Source: Patescibacteria group bacterium (GTDB taxonomy: Bacteria; Patescibacteriota; Patescibacteriia; XYB2-FULL-38-15). From it: DNA of 64,000 nucleotides. The stretch lies in the NCBI GenBank assembly GCA_041737355.1, contig JBGSRW010000008.1:24466-88465 (forward strand). The letters are read 5' to 3'. Positions 54,717-64,000 of the stretch are shown in pieces (position 1 is the first letter of the stretch; every line of letters begins with the position of its first letter). The notes under the pieces were generated by a model that saw nothing but the letters and a program-made list of their open reading frames with translations, had not been told where the DNA came from and did no database searches. Position numbers and translations under genes: made by a program.

Positions 54717-55265
54717 ATGCCAAGAATGGAAAGATTAGAACATTTTTTAAGAATTTTGTGGAACGCCCTTGGCGTTATTTTTTTTGGGATAATGCAGGCG
54801 GGGTTTTTGCAAGCCTTGCCTTGGCCGTTCGACTATTTGAATATAGTTTTTCTAGCGGGTGTTTTTATAACTTTTGCCATAGGATATAGCCAAGGTTTAT
54901 GGTTCGCCTTTTTTTGCGGTCTAGCTATGGATTTTTTTTCCTATCTGCCTTTCGGTACAATGACGCTGTTACAGGTACTCTCGGTTATCGCCATCAATTT
55001 TATGTTCATTAATTTTTTTACGAACCGTTCGTTGTACTCTTTGATTTTTCTTGGTTTTTTGGGAAATATAATCTATATAATCGGTTTGCTGACGTTTAAC
55101 TTTATTTTTTTCGTTTTGAATTTGAATAACAATTTGGATAAATTTTTACTATGGCCAAATTTGGCGGGACTGATGTGGCAAATTTTATTCAGCGTTATTG
55201 TTTTGGGAATATCCTTTTTCGTTTTTAGTTTTTTTGGTAAAAAAATAAAAAAAATCTTCTACTAA
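54717..55265 (+). CDS. mreD: MreD-like membrane protein
   Basis: 182 aa polytopic membrane protein between mreC and the PBP2 gene. Confidence 0.5.
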   Translation: MPRMERLEHFLRILWNALGVIFFGIMQAGFLQALPWPFDYLNIVFLAGVFITFAIGYSQGLWFAFFCGLAMDFFSYLPFGTMTLLQVLSVIAINFMFINFFTNRSLYSLIFLGFLGNIIYIIGLLTFNFIFFVLNLNNNLDKFLLWPNLAGLMWQILFSVIVLGISFFVFSFFGKKIKKIFY

Positions 55266-55281
55266 AATATCACTGGGGAAT

Positions 55282-57261
55282 ATGGATATATTTAAGAAAA
55301 AAAATATAAAAAATTACGGAGACCCGTTCGTGATACAGGATGTTTCCGGAAACGGTTTGCGTCTCGGGGACGACAGAAATTTGGATTGGGTTGAGGACAA
55401 TATGGAATTTGGCAGCGCCGAAAAGGAAACGGGGGGAGGAATCGAGGGGCGCCAAACCAAGGAGTTTTTAGGTTTAGCCCTGAGTGCTAAACGACTGATG
55501 TTTTTTCTACTTTTTATAATTGGAGTGCTCGCAATTTTATTGGGCAAGGCGGCCTACCTGCAGATTGTCAGAGGGGGATATTATAAGGATATTGCCGAAG
55601 GAAACAGGATCAGAACAATACCAATCGGCGCTGAACGAGGTATTATTTATGATAAAAATATGAAGCCGCTCGTTTATAACGTTCCGACTTTTTCGTTATA
55701 TCTGATTCCCAGTGATTTTCCTAAAAAGGAAACCGATCGTCTATCGGCGGTTGGCCGTTTGGCTGAAGTAATAAAAATCGATCCAGTGGAAATTGAAAAA
55801 GTTTTGTCGGAAGCTTCCCCGTACTCGTACGCCCCGGTTTTACTCAGAGAAAATATCGATTACGAAGAAGCAATCAGACTTAAAATTGAAAGTTCGCTCT
55901 TGTCCGGCGTCGATCTGAAACTCGAAAGCAGGCGTGAATATCTGAAGGGTGACAACGACAGTGTCAAAAGTTTATCCCATATTCTTGGCTATGTCGGAAA
56001 AATTAGTGACAAGGAACTCGAAGAACGGAAAGATTATAGTTCGACTGATTCCGTAGGCAAAACCGGCCTGGAACTATTTTATGAAGATTTATTGAGAGGA
56101 AAAATTGGTAAAAAACAGATAGAAGTCGACGCCCTCGGAAAGGAAAAGAGTGTTATTGCCAAAGAAGATCCAGTTGCCGGAAAAAATATAATTTTGACAA
56201 TCGACGCTGATTTGCAGAAAAAGACCGAAGAAATTTTGGTCCGCCATCTCGTGAGCTGGAAGAAAACGCGCGGAGCCATGATTGTTATGAATCCGCAGAA
56301 CGGAAAAATTCTATCCATGGTCAGTTTGCCGGCGTTTGATAATAATCTTTTCGCCAGAGGCATTTCTTTGAAAGATTATGAGTCCCTGATAAACAATCCG
56401 GACAATCCTTTGTTCAACAGAGCGGTAATGGGTGAATATCCATCCGGCTCAACCATAAAACCGGTAATCGCTTCCGCCGCCCTAGAAGAGGGAATTATAA
56501 AAAAAAGCACCTCATTTTTGAGCACTGGCGGCCTTCGGGTTTCTAGCTGGTTTTTCCCGGACTGGAAGGCCGGGGGGCACAGTTGGACAAATGTTACCCG
56601 GGCTATTGCCGAATCAGTTAATACTTTTTTCTACATCATTGGTGGCGGTTATGAGGATTTTCAGGGTCTTGGCGTGGAAAAAATCGTTGAATACGCCAGA
56701 CTGTTCGGTTTCGGCGGAAAGTTGGGAATAGACTTACCAAGCGAAGCGGAAGGTTTTTTGCCGAGCAAGGAATGGAAAGAAAAAACAAAGGGTGAGCAAT
56801 GGTATATCGGCGATACTTACCATTTAGCCATCGGCCAGGGAGATCTTACTGTTACCCCTCTTCAAATTTGTGCTGCCACGGCGGTTTTTGCAAACGAAGG
56901 AACTCTCCATGAGCCTCATTTTTTTGACGCGGTTGAATTGGCGGATGTTCCGGAAAAAGATTATTCGATCAGAAAAGATTTTATCAAAAAAGATAATATC
57001 GATATCGTGCGGGCGGGGATGCGTCAGACGGTTGTTTCGGGAAGCGCCCAGAAATTGCTTGATTTGCCGGTTACTTCCGCCGCAAAAACCGGTACGGCCC
57101 AGTGGCAGACGGATAAGCCGCCTCATGCCTGGTTTACCGCTTTTGCCCCCTTTGAAAACCCCGAAGTTGTAGTTACGGTCCTGGTTGAGGAGGGGGAAGA
57201 GGGGAGCCGCGTGTCGCTTGATGTGGCCCATGAATTTTTACAATGGTATTTCAGCCGGTGA
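55282..57261 (+). CDS. mrdA: Penicillin-binding protein 2 (elongasome transpeptidase)
   Basis: Dimerisation domain plus transpeptidase motifs SGSTIKP (SxxK), SWF, KTGTAQ (KTG). 659 aa. Confidence 0.85.
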   Translation: MDIFKKKNIKNYGDPFVIQDVSGNGLRLGDDRNLDWVEDNMEFGSAEKETGGGIEGRQTKEFLGLALSAKRLMFFLLFIIGVLAILLGKAAYLQIVRGGYYKDIAEGNRIRTIPIGAERGIIYDKNMKPLVYNVPTFSLYLIPSDFPKKETDRLSAVGRLAEVIKIDPVEIEKVLSEASPYSYAPVLLRENIDYEEAIRLKIESSLLSGVDLKLESRREYLKGDNDSVKSLSHILGYVGKISDKELEERKDYSSTDSVGKTGLELFYEDLLRGKIGKKQIEVDALGKEKSVIAKEDPVAGKNIILTIDADLQKKTEEILVRHLVSWKKTRGAMIVMNPQNGKILSMVSLPAFDNNLFARGISLKDYESLINNPDNPLFNRAVMGEYPSGSTIKPVIASAALEEGIIKKSTSFLSTGGLRVSSWFFPDWKAGGHSWTNVTRAIAESVNTFFYIIGGGYEDFQGLGVEKIVEYARLFGFGGKLGIDLPSEAEGFLPSKEWKEKTKGEQWYIGDTYHLAIGQGDLTVTPLQICAATAVFANEGTLHEPHFFDAVELADVPEKDYSIRKDFIKKDNIDIVRAGMRQTVVSGSAQKLLDLPVTSAAKTGTAQWQTDKPPHAWFTAFAPFENPEVVVTVLVEEGEEGSRVSLDVAHEFLQWYFSR

Positions 57262-57346
57262 AACGCTTGCCTAGATTTTTTAAATAGTTTATACTTACCA
57301 ATATTAAAACCTAAGGGGGTCCCTTTTTCGGGATTAAAAGCAAACT

Positions 57347-57811
57347 ATGCAAGATCAAAAAATGTACGTTTCTAAGGAAGGTTTGGAAAAGTTTAAACAG
57401 GAACTGAGCGAATTAATAAATGTTAAGCGCGGAGAAATTATTGAACGTATTGAGAGAGCCAAAGAATTAGGAGATCTTTCGGAAAACGCCGAATATTCGG
57501 CGGCCAAAGACGAGCAGGCTTTCACAGAGGGAAGAATCATCGAGTTGCAGGAAATGGTTTCCAAAGCGGAAATTATCAACGGTGGTGGCAGGATAGACAA
57601 TGTCCACGTCGGTTCAAAAGTAAAAGTGAAAAGCGACGGAACCGAAGCGGAGTATGAAATTGTCGGCGTTGCTGAAGCGGACCCACTGACCGGAAAAATT
57701 TCCAACGAATCTCCCCTCGGCCGGGCATTCCTTGGCCGTAAGGTAGGGGACAAAGTGCAGATTCAGATTCCCAAGGGAATGGTTGTTTATACGATTTTAG
57801 AAATAAAATAA
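57347..57811 (+). CDS. greA: Transcription elongation factor GreA
   Basis: N-terminal coiled coil with DLSENAEYSAAKDEQ, C-terminal FKBP-like domain. 154 aa. Confidence 0.9.
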   Translation: MQDQKMYVSKEGLEKFKQELSELINVKRGEIIERIERAKELGDLSENAEYSAAKDEQAFTEGRIIELQEMVSKAEIINGGGRIDNVHVGSKVKVKSDGTEAEYEIVGVAEADPLTGKISNESPLGRAFLGRKVGDKVQIQIPKGMVVYTILEIK

Positions 57812-57827
57812 GAGTAACGAATAATTT

Positions 57828-57854
57828 GCCAGGCCGTAAGGCCTGGCTTTTGTT
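57828..57854 (+). terminator. Rho-independent terminator after greA
   Basis: GCCAGGCC-GTAA-GGCCTGGC followed by TTTTGTT. Confidence 0.75.
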
Positions 57855-57858
57855 ATAC

Positions 57859-57887
57859 TTGACAAAAAGGCGTAAATGTTTTAAGTT
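57859..57887 (+). promoter_or_regulatory. TTGACA-17-TAAGTT promoter (CTTGACAAAAA) upstream of high-GC ORF
   Basis: TTGACA at 57859-57864. RBS GGAAGGGAAAAG precedes ATG 57931. Confidence 0.4.
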
Positions 57888-57930
57888 ATAAAATCCTCAA
57901 TTTCGAGGAAAAGAAGTAGGAAGGGAAAAG

Positions 57931-58257
57931 ATGGGACCGGAAATTGCGATCCAGTTGGCCTTGCGCCAGAAGCTGGCAGCTTTCGGCATCAGGAACCACG
58001 TCGAGCCGGAGGTGATTCCGAACGCTTTGAATGCGGTTCGACTTCTGGGTCACAGCCAGATTCTTGTCTTGGGTAGCTGTAGCGCGTCTTCTCCATGGTC
58101 AAAGACCACGGATGAGCCGATCGTGGCTCTGACTTGCAGGATGATCACGGACATGCAGCTCAAGGGAGAGAGGATCGAAATCACAACCACGCCCGACACG
58201 TCCGAGGAACGCGAGAAGACTGGCTTCCGCCGGATCGACCTGCGCCTCAAGAAGTAG
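57931..58257 (+). CDS. Hypothetical high-GC protein (108 aa)
   Basis: Own promoter, RBS and terminator. High GC. No recognised motif. Confidence 0.5.
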   Translation: MGPEIAIQLALRQKLAAFGIRNHVEPEVIPNALNAVRLLGHSQILVLGSCSASSPWSKTTDEPIVALTCRMITDMQLKGERIEITTTPDTSEEREKTGFRRIDLRLKK

Positions 58258-58287
58258 ACGGCCCGCGCGCCGCTTTCCCGGAAACCC

Positions 58288-58316
58288 GACACAGACCACA
58301 AATCGGTGTCTTTTTT
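58288..58316 (+). terminator. Weak hairpin plus T6 terminator
   Basis: GACAC-13 nt loop-GTGTC followed by TTTTTT. Confidence 0.45.
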
Positions 58317-58382
58317 ATTTTGACATTAATTTATTTTTAAGTTAAAATTAAGGCAACAAATTACTTTAAAACCAAATAAAAT

Positions 58383-59855
58383 ATGGAAAAATCAACCGAC
58401 GAACGGCAAGCCAGATTGGAAAAATTAAAAGAAATTAAGGGCCAGAAAGTCAATCCTTATCCTTCGGCCGGCAAGAGAACCCATACGGTTGCCGAAGCTT
58501 TGGGCGATTTCGATAAACTGGTCGAAAAAAAGAAGACTGTTTCCCTTGTTGGACGCCTGAAAAGCGTCCGGCTTCATGGCGGATTGGCTTTTGCCAATCT
58601 GGAAGACGAAAGTGGGACAATCCAGGTAATGTTGAAAAAAGACGCGGTCGGCGATAAGGTTTATAATTTTTTTGAGAATCTCGTCGACATGGGCGATTTT
58701 ATTCTGGTCAAAGGCACGCTTTTTATTACTAAAACCGGGGAAAAAACGGTTGTTGTTGAATCGCTGAAGCTACTAACCAAAACTCTGGCGCCGCTGCCCG
58801 AGAAATGGCACGGCCTTTCCGACGTCGAGGTCCGTTACCGCCAGCGATATTTGGATTTGATAGCCAACCCCAGCGTCCGAGAGATTTTCAAAAAACGCAG
58901 CCTTATTGTCAAAACCATCCGGGAATTTTTTGAGAAAGAAGGGTTTATGGAGGTGGAAACTCCGATACTCCAGCCGATTCCCGGCGGAGCCACGGCCAGG
59001 CCATTTATAACACATCATAACGCCCTTGATTCGGATTTCTATCTCCGCATTGCCCCAGAACTTTATTTGAAGCGTCTGGTTGCCGGCGGATTCGAAGGAG
59101 TTTACGAAATTGCCAGATGTTTCAGAAATGAAGGAATTGATTGGTCGCATAACCCGGAATTTACCCAGATCGAACTTTATAAAGCTTATGCCGATTACAA
59201 CGACTTGATGAAAATGATGGAAAAATTTTTCGTTCACCTCATGAAAAAAATAAGCGACGGAGAAATGAAGGTGGCATACGAAAAAATGTCGATTGATTTT
59301 ACTCCGCCGTACGAGAGGATTTCTTTCCGGGATATTTTAATGAAGCTCGGCAATTGCGATATTGAAAAATATCCTGACCGCGAGAGTATTGCGAAAAAGG
59401 CGCGGGAGCTTGGTCTTGATATTTTGCCGTCCGACGACCGAGGAAAAATTATTGACGAAATTTTTAAAAAGATTGTCCGGCCAAAAATTATCAATCCTAT
59501 TTTTGTAATCAACCATCCGATTGAACTTTCGCCCTTGGCCAAAAAAATTCCGGAAGATCCGCGCTATACGGAAAGGTTTCAAATTCTTGTGGCCGGCACG
59601 GAATTGGCTAATGCTTTTTCCGAGCTTAACGATCCTTTAGACCAGCGCGAGAGATTCGTTGCCCAACAGCAAATGCGCGAGGCCGGAGACGCTGAAGCCA
59701 TGCGAATCGACGAGGATTTTATCACGGCGCTTGAACACGGGATGCCTCCAACCGCCGGACTCGGTATGGGAATAGACAGATTGACCGCGCTTTTGACCAA
59801 TTCGCATAATATTAAAGAAGTTATTTTATTTCCAACTCTTAAGCCGGAAAAATAA
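58383..59855 (+). CDS. lysS: Lysyl-tRNA synthetase (class II)
   Basis: OB anticodon-binding domain plus class II motifs (FRNEG, GGLGMGIDRL). 490 aa. Confidence 0.9.
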   Translation: MEKSTDERQARLEKLKEIKGQKVNPYPSAGKRTHTVAEALGDFDKLVEKKKTVSLVGRLKSVRLHGGLAFANLEDESGTIQVMLKKDAVGDKVYNFFENLVDMGDFILVKGTLFITKTGEKTVVVESLKLLTKTLAPLPEKWHGLSDVEVRYRQRYLDLIANPSVREIFKKRSLIVKTIREFFEKEGFMEVETPILQPIPGGATARPFITHHNALDSDFYLRIAPELYLKRLVAGGFEGVYEIARCFRNEGIDWSHNPEFTQIELYKAYADYNDLMKMMEKFFVHLMKKISDGEMKVAYEKMSIDFTPPYERISFRDILMKLGNCDIEKYPDRESIAKKARELGLDILPSDDRGKIIDEIFKKIVRPKIINPIFVINHPIELSPLAKKIPEDPRYTERFQILVAGTELANAFSELNDPLDQRERFVAQQQMREAGDAEAMRIDEDFITALEHGMPPTAGLGMGIDRLTALLTNSHNIKEVILFPTLKPEK

Positions 59856-59857
59856 TT

Positions 59858-60733
59858 ATGATAGACAGAGAAACATCGTTTGCCGAGTCTGAGGCGAGAG
59901 AACAATTTATAGCCGATCGCTTTCTGCGCGCCGGCCTGGATATTCGTTCTTATCCCGATTTATTTGACAGGTTCAATCGTTTACACGGTCCGGAGTCGCG
60001 TCATTTTGAAGATGCGGCGCAAATGGCGGAAATTATCGACGCGATTTGGCCCGAGCTCGAGGCCGAACTTCCTTTCAAATTAGACAAAGAAAAACTTTTG
60101 CAGGCGACTCTTTTGCATGATGTTGGCAAATCAGGACCGAACGAAGCTTCACCCGAAGAACAAGAACTGGTTATCTCGCTTTTTAATCCAAATCATTACT
60201 CGAAAATCAAGGAGTCCGGAAGACGGATAGAACAAATGACGGTAATTGATGTTCTAAAGGAATCGGACCTCGATTTGTCTTTGCAGGTTAGGATTGCCAA
60301 TTATTTGAAACAATTGGATATTAATTTCGAAACGGAAAAAATGATCGATCTTTGGCGGCGCCATGCCGATTGGACATTTGATGTATTGTCGCAAGTTAAT
60401 GATGAGAGAATAACAAAAGAACTTATTGCCGCTGCCGCATCGCACCACATTCTAGATGGTAAAAATCCCGCTCAGCTTAACCCGGAGAATATTCCCGGAG
60501 AAGCAAAGACACTCGAGATTGCCGAGTCCTATGAGATTCTAACAGTTGTTGATAAATTTCAGGCATTTGTAGCGAGGAGTGGTTTATCCCACGTTGAATC
60601 CGTAGTTGTTTTGCGTAAGATAGTTGATCAGCAAAAGCTGCCAGATAAAGTAAAAAGTGATTACAGGGCCATTATAGGTGTTATCGAACGATCAGGGGAT
60701 AAACTACGGAATATTTTAAGAGGACAGCCATGA
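59858..60733 (+). CDS. HD-domain phosphohydrolase-like protein
   Basis: LLHDVGK and ASHH motifs. 291 aa. Confidence 0.55.
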   Translation: MIDRETSFAESEAREQFIADRFLRAGLDIRSYPDLFDRFNRLHGPESRHFEDAAQMAEIIDAIWPELEAELPFKLDKEKLLQATLLHDVGKSGPNEASPEEQELVISLFNPNHYSKIKESGRRIEQMTVIDVLKESDLDLSLQVRIANYLKQLDINFETEKMIDLWRRHADWTFDVLSQVNDERITKELIAAAASHHILDGKNPAQLNPENIPGEAKTLEIAESYEILTVVDKFQAFVARSGLSHVESVVVLRKIVDQQKLPDKVKSDYRAIIGVIERSGDKLRNILRGQP

Positions 60734-61128
60734 AAAAAGTAATGGTTTTTGGCACGTTTGCGATTTTGCACCCAGGCCATCTTTATTTTTTTAATCAGGC
60801 GAAAAAACACGGAGACTATTTAATCGCGGTGATAGGGAGAGACTCAACCGTAGAAAAGATAAAAGGCGCTAAACCAAAGATGGACGAGAATGCCCGCCGT
60901 CAAATGGTTGAGGCTTTAAAAATTATTAATAAGGCAGTTCTCGGGGATAAAAAAGATTGGTATAAATTAATTGTAAAATATAAACCAGATATAATTTGTC
61001 TAGGGTATGATCAGACTGAGCCGGAAAATTTTCGAGAAGAGCTAGGGAAGAGGGGAGTGGCGGCAAAGGTTATAAGGCTGAAAGATTATCAGCCAAAAAA
61101 ATATAAATCATCGAAAATTTTAAAATAA
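60730..61128 (+). CDS. Cytidylyltransferase-like nucleotidyltransferase (HxGH family, RibL/PPAT-like)
   Basis: VMVFGTFAILHPGHLYFF is the (T/H)xGH nucleotidyltransferase motif. 132 aa. ATGA overlap with the upstream gene. Confidence 0.55.
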   Translation: MKKVMVFGTFAILHPGHLYFFNQAKKHGDYLIAVIGRDSTVEKIKGAKPKMDENARRQMVEALKIINKAVLGDKKDWYKLIVKYKPDIICLGYDQTEPENFREELGKRGVAAKVIRLKDYQPKKYKSSKILK

Positions 61129-61136
61129 AATAATTT

Positions 61137-62426
61137 ATGATGGACATAAAATTTATCCGGGAAAACGCAGAATTAATTAAGGAGGTTGCAAAAAATAAAA
61201 ATAGCAAGGTCGATATTGGCAAATTGCTGGCGGTTGACGATAAGCGCCGTAGTCTGATTTCCGAAGTAGAAAATCTTAAAGCGGATTTGAATAAAAGATC
61301 GAAAACCAAACCTGGTCCGGAGGAAATTTCCGCACTGAAAGAGTTAAGTACCAAAATAAAAGAGCTGGACGCCGAGCTTGTCGGGGTGGAAAAAGAATAC
61401 CGAGATTTGATGTTTTTGGTGCCGAATATTTATTCAAAGGATACTCCGGTCGGCGCCGACGAAACCGCCAATAAAGAAATTTCCCGCTGGGGCAAGCCGC
61501 CAAAGTTTGATTTTGCGCCGAAAGACCACATTGCTCTCGGTAAAGAGTTGGATATTTTTGATCTTGAGGCAGGGGCTAAAACTTCCGGCTACCGCGGCTA
61601 TTATCTGAAAAACGAGGCCGTGCTGCTTCATTTTGCCGTTTTATGGCACGCAATCAATAAAATGAAGGAAAAGGGCTTTACTTTGATGTTAACCCCGACT
61701 TTACTTCGCGAATTTGCGCTGGAAGGAAGCGGACATTTTCCGGAGGGCAAGGATGAGATATACCAGATTGGAAATCCTGGACGGCTGGCCGATGGAAGCG
61801 CCAAGGAACAAATGTTTTTAGGCGGAACATCGGAGCCGTCATTACTCGCTTATTTTGCCGACAAAACTCTAAAAGAAGAGGATCTCCCGGCAAAAGTTTG
61901 TGGATTTTCACAATGTTACCGTTCGGAAATCGGCAGTTACGGCAAAGATACGAAAGGACTTTACCGCATCCACGAATTTATGAAAGTTGAACAGGTAGTT
62001 TTGTGTAAAAACGATCTCATTGAATCGAATAAATGGCTCGAAACTTTCAGGGAAATCGCCGAAGAGGTTTTGCAGGATTTGGAACTTCCTTATCGGGTAA
62101 TTCAGCTTTGTACCGGCGATATGGGTACGGGAAAATATAAAATGTACGATCTGGAAACGTACATGCCATCAATGGCGTCAAAGAATTTTTACGGTGAGAC
62201 ACATTCGGATTCTAATTTAACCGACTGGCAGGCGCGTCGGATGAACATTAAATACAAAACTAAAGAAGGGAAAACAGAGTTTGTTTACACCCTGAACAAT
62301 ACGGTTATTGCTTCGCCAAGAATTTTAATTGCCATTTTGGAAAATTATCAGCAAAAAGACGGCAGCGTAAAAATTCCAAAAGTTTTGCAAAAATATTGCG
62401 GAGTGAAGGTTATCAAGAAAAAATAA
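61137..62426 (+). CDS. serS: Seryl-tRNA synthetase
   Basis: N-terminal coiled-coil arm plus class II core. 429 aa. Confidence 0.9.
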   Translation: MMDIKFIRENAELIKEVAKNKNSKVDIGKLLAVDDKRRSLISEVENLKADLNKRSKTKPGPEEISALKELSTKIKELDAELVGVEKEYRDLMFLVPNIYSKDTPVGADETANKEISRWGKPPKFDFAPKDHIALGKELDIFDLEAGAKTSGYRGYYLKNEAVLLHFAVLWHAINKMKEKGFTLMLTPTLLREFALEGSGHFPEGKDEIYQIGNPGRLADGSAKEQMFLGGTSEPSLLAYFADKTLKEEDLPAKVCGFSQCYRSEIGSYGKDTKGLYRIHEFMKVEQVVLCKNDLIESNKWLETFREIAEEVLQDLELPYRVIQLCTGDMGTGKYKMYDLETYMPSMASKNFYGETHSDSNLTDWQARRMNIKYKTKEGKTEFVYTLNNTVIASPRILIAILENYQQKDGSVKIPKVLQKYCGVKVIKKK

Positions 62427-62434
62427 AATAAATT

Positions 62435-63562
62435 ATGAAAACGTGGGTTGAAGTCAGCCGGGAGGCTTTGAATTATAATTTGGACCAGTTTAGAAAATTG
62501 GTTGGTGTAAAACCTAAAATCATGGGCGTGGTCAAGGCTAACGCCTATGGGCACGGCCTCACCGAAGTGGCTGGCGTTATTTCGGACCAAATTGATTGGT
62601 TTGGGGTTGACTCTTTGCCGGAAGCCTTAAAATTGCGCGAAATTGGCATTAAAAAGCCAATTTTAATTTTGGGTTATTCCGAACTTGCTGATTTACGGGA
62701 AGCAGTAAAAAATAACATCAGTTTGACGGTTTATAACAAAGAAACAATCGAACGGCTGGGGAGGATCCAAATACAAAATCCCAATTTAAATCCCAAGATT
62801 CATATCAAGGTGGAAACCGGCACATCAAGGCAGGGTGTTCCGGAGTCAGAAATTTTAGATTTTATAAAATACGTAAAGGGTTATCCGTCAATAGAAATTC
62901 AAGGACTCTCCACTCACTACGCAAACATTGAGGATACGACCGATTCGAGTTTTGCCATGATGCAGCTTGAAACTTTTTCCCGCGTGATGGAAATTTTTAA
63001 AAAAGAAGGCGTGGAGCTGCTCCGGCACACGGCCTGTTCAGCGGCAACAATTTTATTTCCCGAAACTCATTTTGATATGGTCCGGCTCGGGATCAGTATG
63101 TATGGGCTCTGGTCTTCCAAAGAAGCGCAAGCCGTGGCGAAAAATAAAGGAATTGATTTTGATCTTAAGCCGGTTTTGACTTGGAAAACGATTGTAGCCC
63201 AAATAAAAAACGTAAAAGCGGGCACTCCAATAGGCTACGGCCTGACCGAGCGTACGAGCAGGGATTCGAAAATAGGCATTTTGCCAATAGGTTATTACGA
63301 CGGATATGACAGAAAACTTTCGGGCGTCGGAAATATTCTGATCCGCGGCAGGCGTTGCAAAATTTTGGGTAGAGTCTGCATGAATATGGTTATAGTTGAC
63401 CTGACCGACTTGGAAAAAGTTGAATTGGAAGACGAAGCCGTTTTACTCGGTCGGCAGGGGAGGGAAGGAATAAGCGCTGAAGAGTTAGCCCAAAAAATTG
63501 GGACAATTAATTACGAGATTGCTACAAGAATTAACCCATTAACTCCGAGAATTGCCGAATAG
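62435..63562 (+). CDS. alr: Alanine racemase
   Basis: PLP-binding VVKANAYGHG. 375 aa. Confidence 0.85.
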   Translation: MKTWVEVSREALNYNLDQFRKLVGVKPKIMGVVKANAYGHGLTEVAGVISDQIDWFGVDSLPEALKLREIGIKKPILILGYSELADLREAVKNNISLTVYNKETIERLGRIQIQNPNLNPKIHIKVETGTSRQGVPESEILDFIKYVKGYPSIEIQGLSTHYANIEDTTDSSFAMMQLETFSRVMEIFKKEGVELLRHTACSAATILFPETHFDMVRLGISMYGLWSSKEAQAVAKNKGIDFDLKPVLTWKTIVAQIKNVKAGTPIGYGLTERTSRDSKIGILPIGYYDGYDRKLSGVGNILIRGRRCKILGRVCMNMVIVDLTDLEKVELEDEAVLLGRQGREGISAEELAQKIGTINYEIATRINPLTPRIAE

Positions 63563-63606
63563 CCAGAGATGGGTGCCTCTATATTTTACGACGTATAATC
63601 TATCTT

Positions 63607-64000
63607 ATGAGGAGGATCAAGGACTACCATCGGAAAAAATACAATAATCCTTTTTTTCAAAGACGCTCCGGTCGTGGATATAATTTTCGTTTAGCTAAAA
63701 GGTCAATATCGTGGCGGGGAAAATTTATTTTTATTTTTTTGCTGGCTGTTTTGGGCGGTGGAATATATTTTATCTTTTACTCTCCATACTTTTCTATAAA
63801 TAAAATTGAAGTATTGGGAACAGAAAGGATAAAATCAGAAGATGTGAGAAGCACCGTTGAGGAACATCTATCCAAACAGAGGTTCTTGTTTTTTTTGCAA
63901 AGGAATATCTTTATTTTTGACGAAAATTCAGCTGGAGAAAATATCAACGATAAATATGTTCTCAAATCATGGAAGATAGACAAGAGACTGCCCGGGACAC
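63607..64000 (+). CDS. ftsQ: Cell division protein FtsQ/DivIB-like, 5' partial (continues beyond window)
   Basis: RBS GAGGAGG overlapping the ATG at 63607. Basic N-terminus, TM (FIFIFLLAVLGGGIYFIF), POTRA-like IEVLGTERIKSEDVRSTVEEHL...WKIDKRLPGT. No stop before the window end. Confidence 0.55.
   Translation, partial: MRRIKDYHRKKYNNPFFQRRSGRGYNFRLAKRSISWRGKFIFIFLLAVLGGGIYFIFYSPYFSINKIEVLGTERIKSEDVRSTVEEHLSKQRFLFFLQRNIFIFDENSAGENINDKYVLKSWKIDKRLPGT

Noticed and set aside
1-64000. Search for rRNA, tRNA, CRISPR arrays, transposases and integrases
   Set aside because: No tRNA T-loop/acceptor architecture, no rRNA-like conserved segments, no short regularly spaced repeats, and no transposase/integrase-like ORFs were seen. 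The remaining short minus-strand ORFs in the track overlap plus-strand genes antisense and lack RBS or motifs.

Overview
This window looks like a low-GC (about 40-45% by eye) Candidate Phyla Radiation / Patescibacteria-type chromosome segment, judged from its gene content and architecture. It is almost entirely plus-strand housekeeping genes: murJ, lepA, recJ, rnhA, ligA, gatCA, mnmA, alaS, an infA-rpmJ-rpsM-rpsK-rpsD-rpoA-rplQ-rplM-rpsI ribosomal block, queA, proS, mreBCD-PBP2, greA, lysS, serS, alr and ftsQ. A complete type IV pilus locus is present (pilM, pilN, pilO, pilB, pilC, two tandem major pilins, pilD, four minor pilins). Native promoters are mostly extended -10 elements of the form TGTGCTATAAT with no clear -35. 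Several discrete high-GC islets (roughly 55-68% by eye) sit between the housekeeping genes. Each has its own TTGACA-type promoter, GGAGG ribosome-binding site and terminator. The largest, at 3767-6316 between lepA and recJ, carries a 185-nt stem-closed leader and a Cys-rich 417-aa protein with duplicated zinc-binding modules. It also carries two translationally coupled small ORFs; each of its ORF units is followed by a near-identical ~130-bp repeat. Other notable elements are a membrane protein plus VirD4/TrwB-like coupling ATPase operon, a Trp/Gly-repeat surface protein upstream of the pilus genes, and tandem pilins with identical 5' halves. The pilD leader has three mutually exclusive CCCCGTT/AACGGGG pairing elements. 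rpoA lacks the alpha C-terminal domain and ends in an AT-hook. A 255-nt GC-rich stand-alone candidate ncRNA lies at 46.4 kb. A Na+/Ca2+ exchanger gene is frameshifted at an A7 run. No rRNA, tRNA, CRISPR array, transposase or integrase was recognised.
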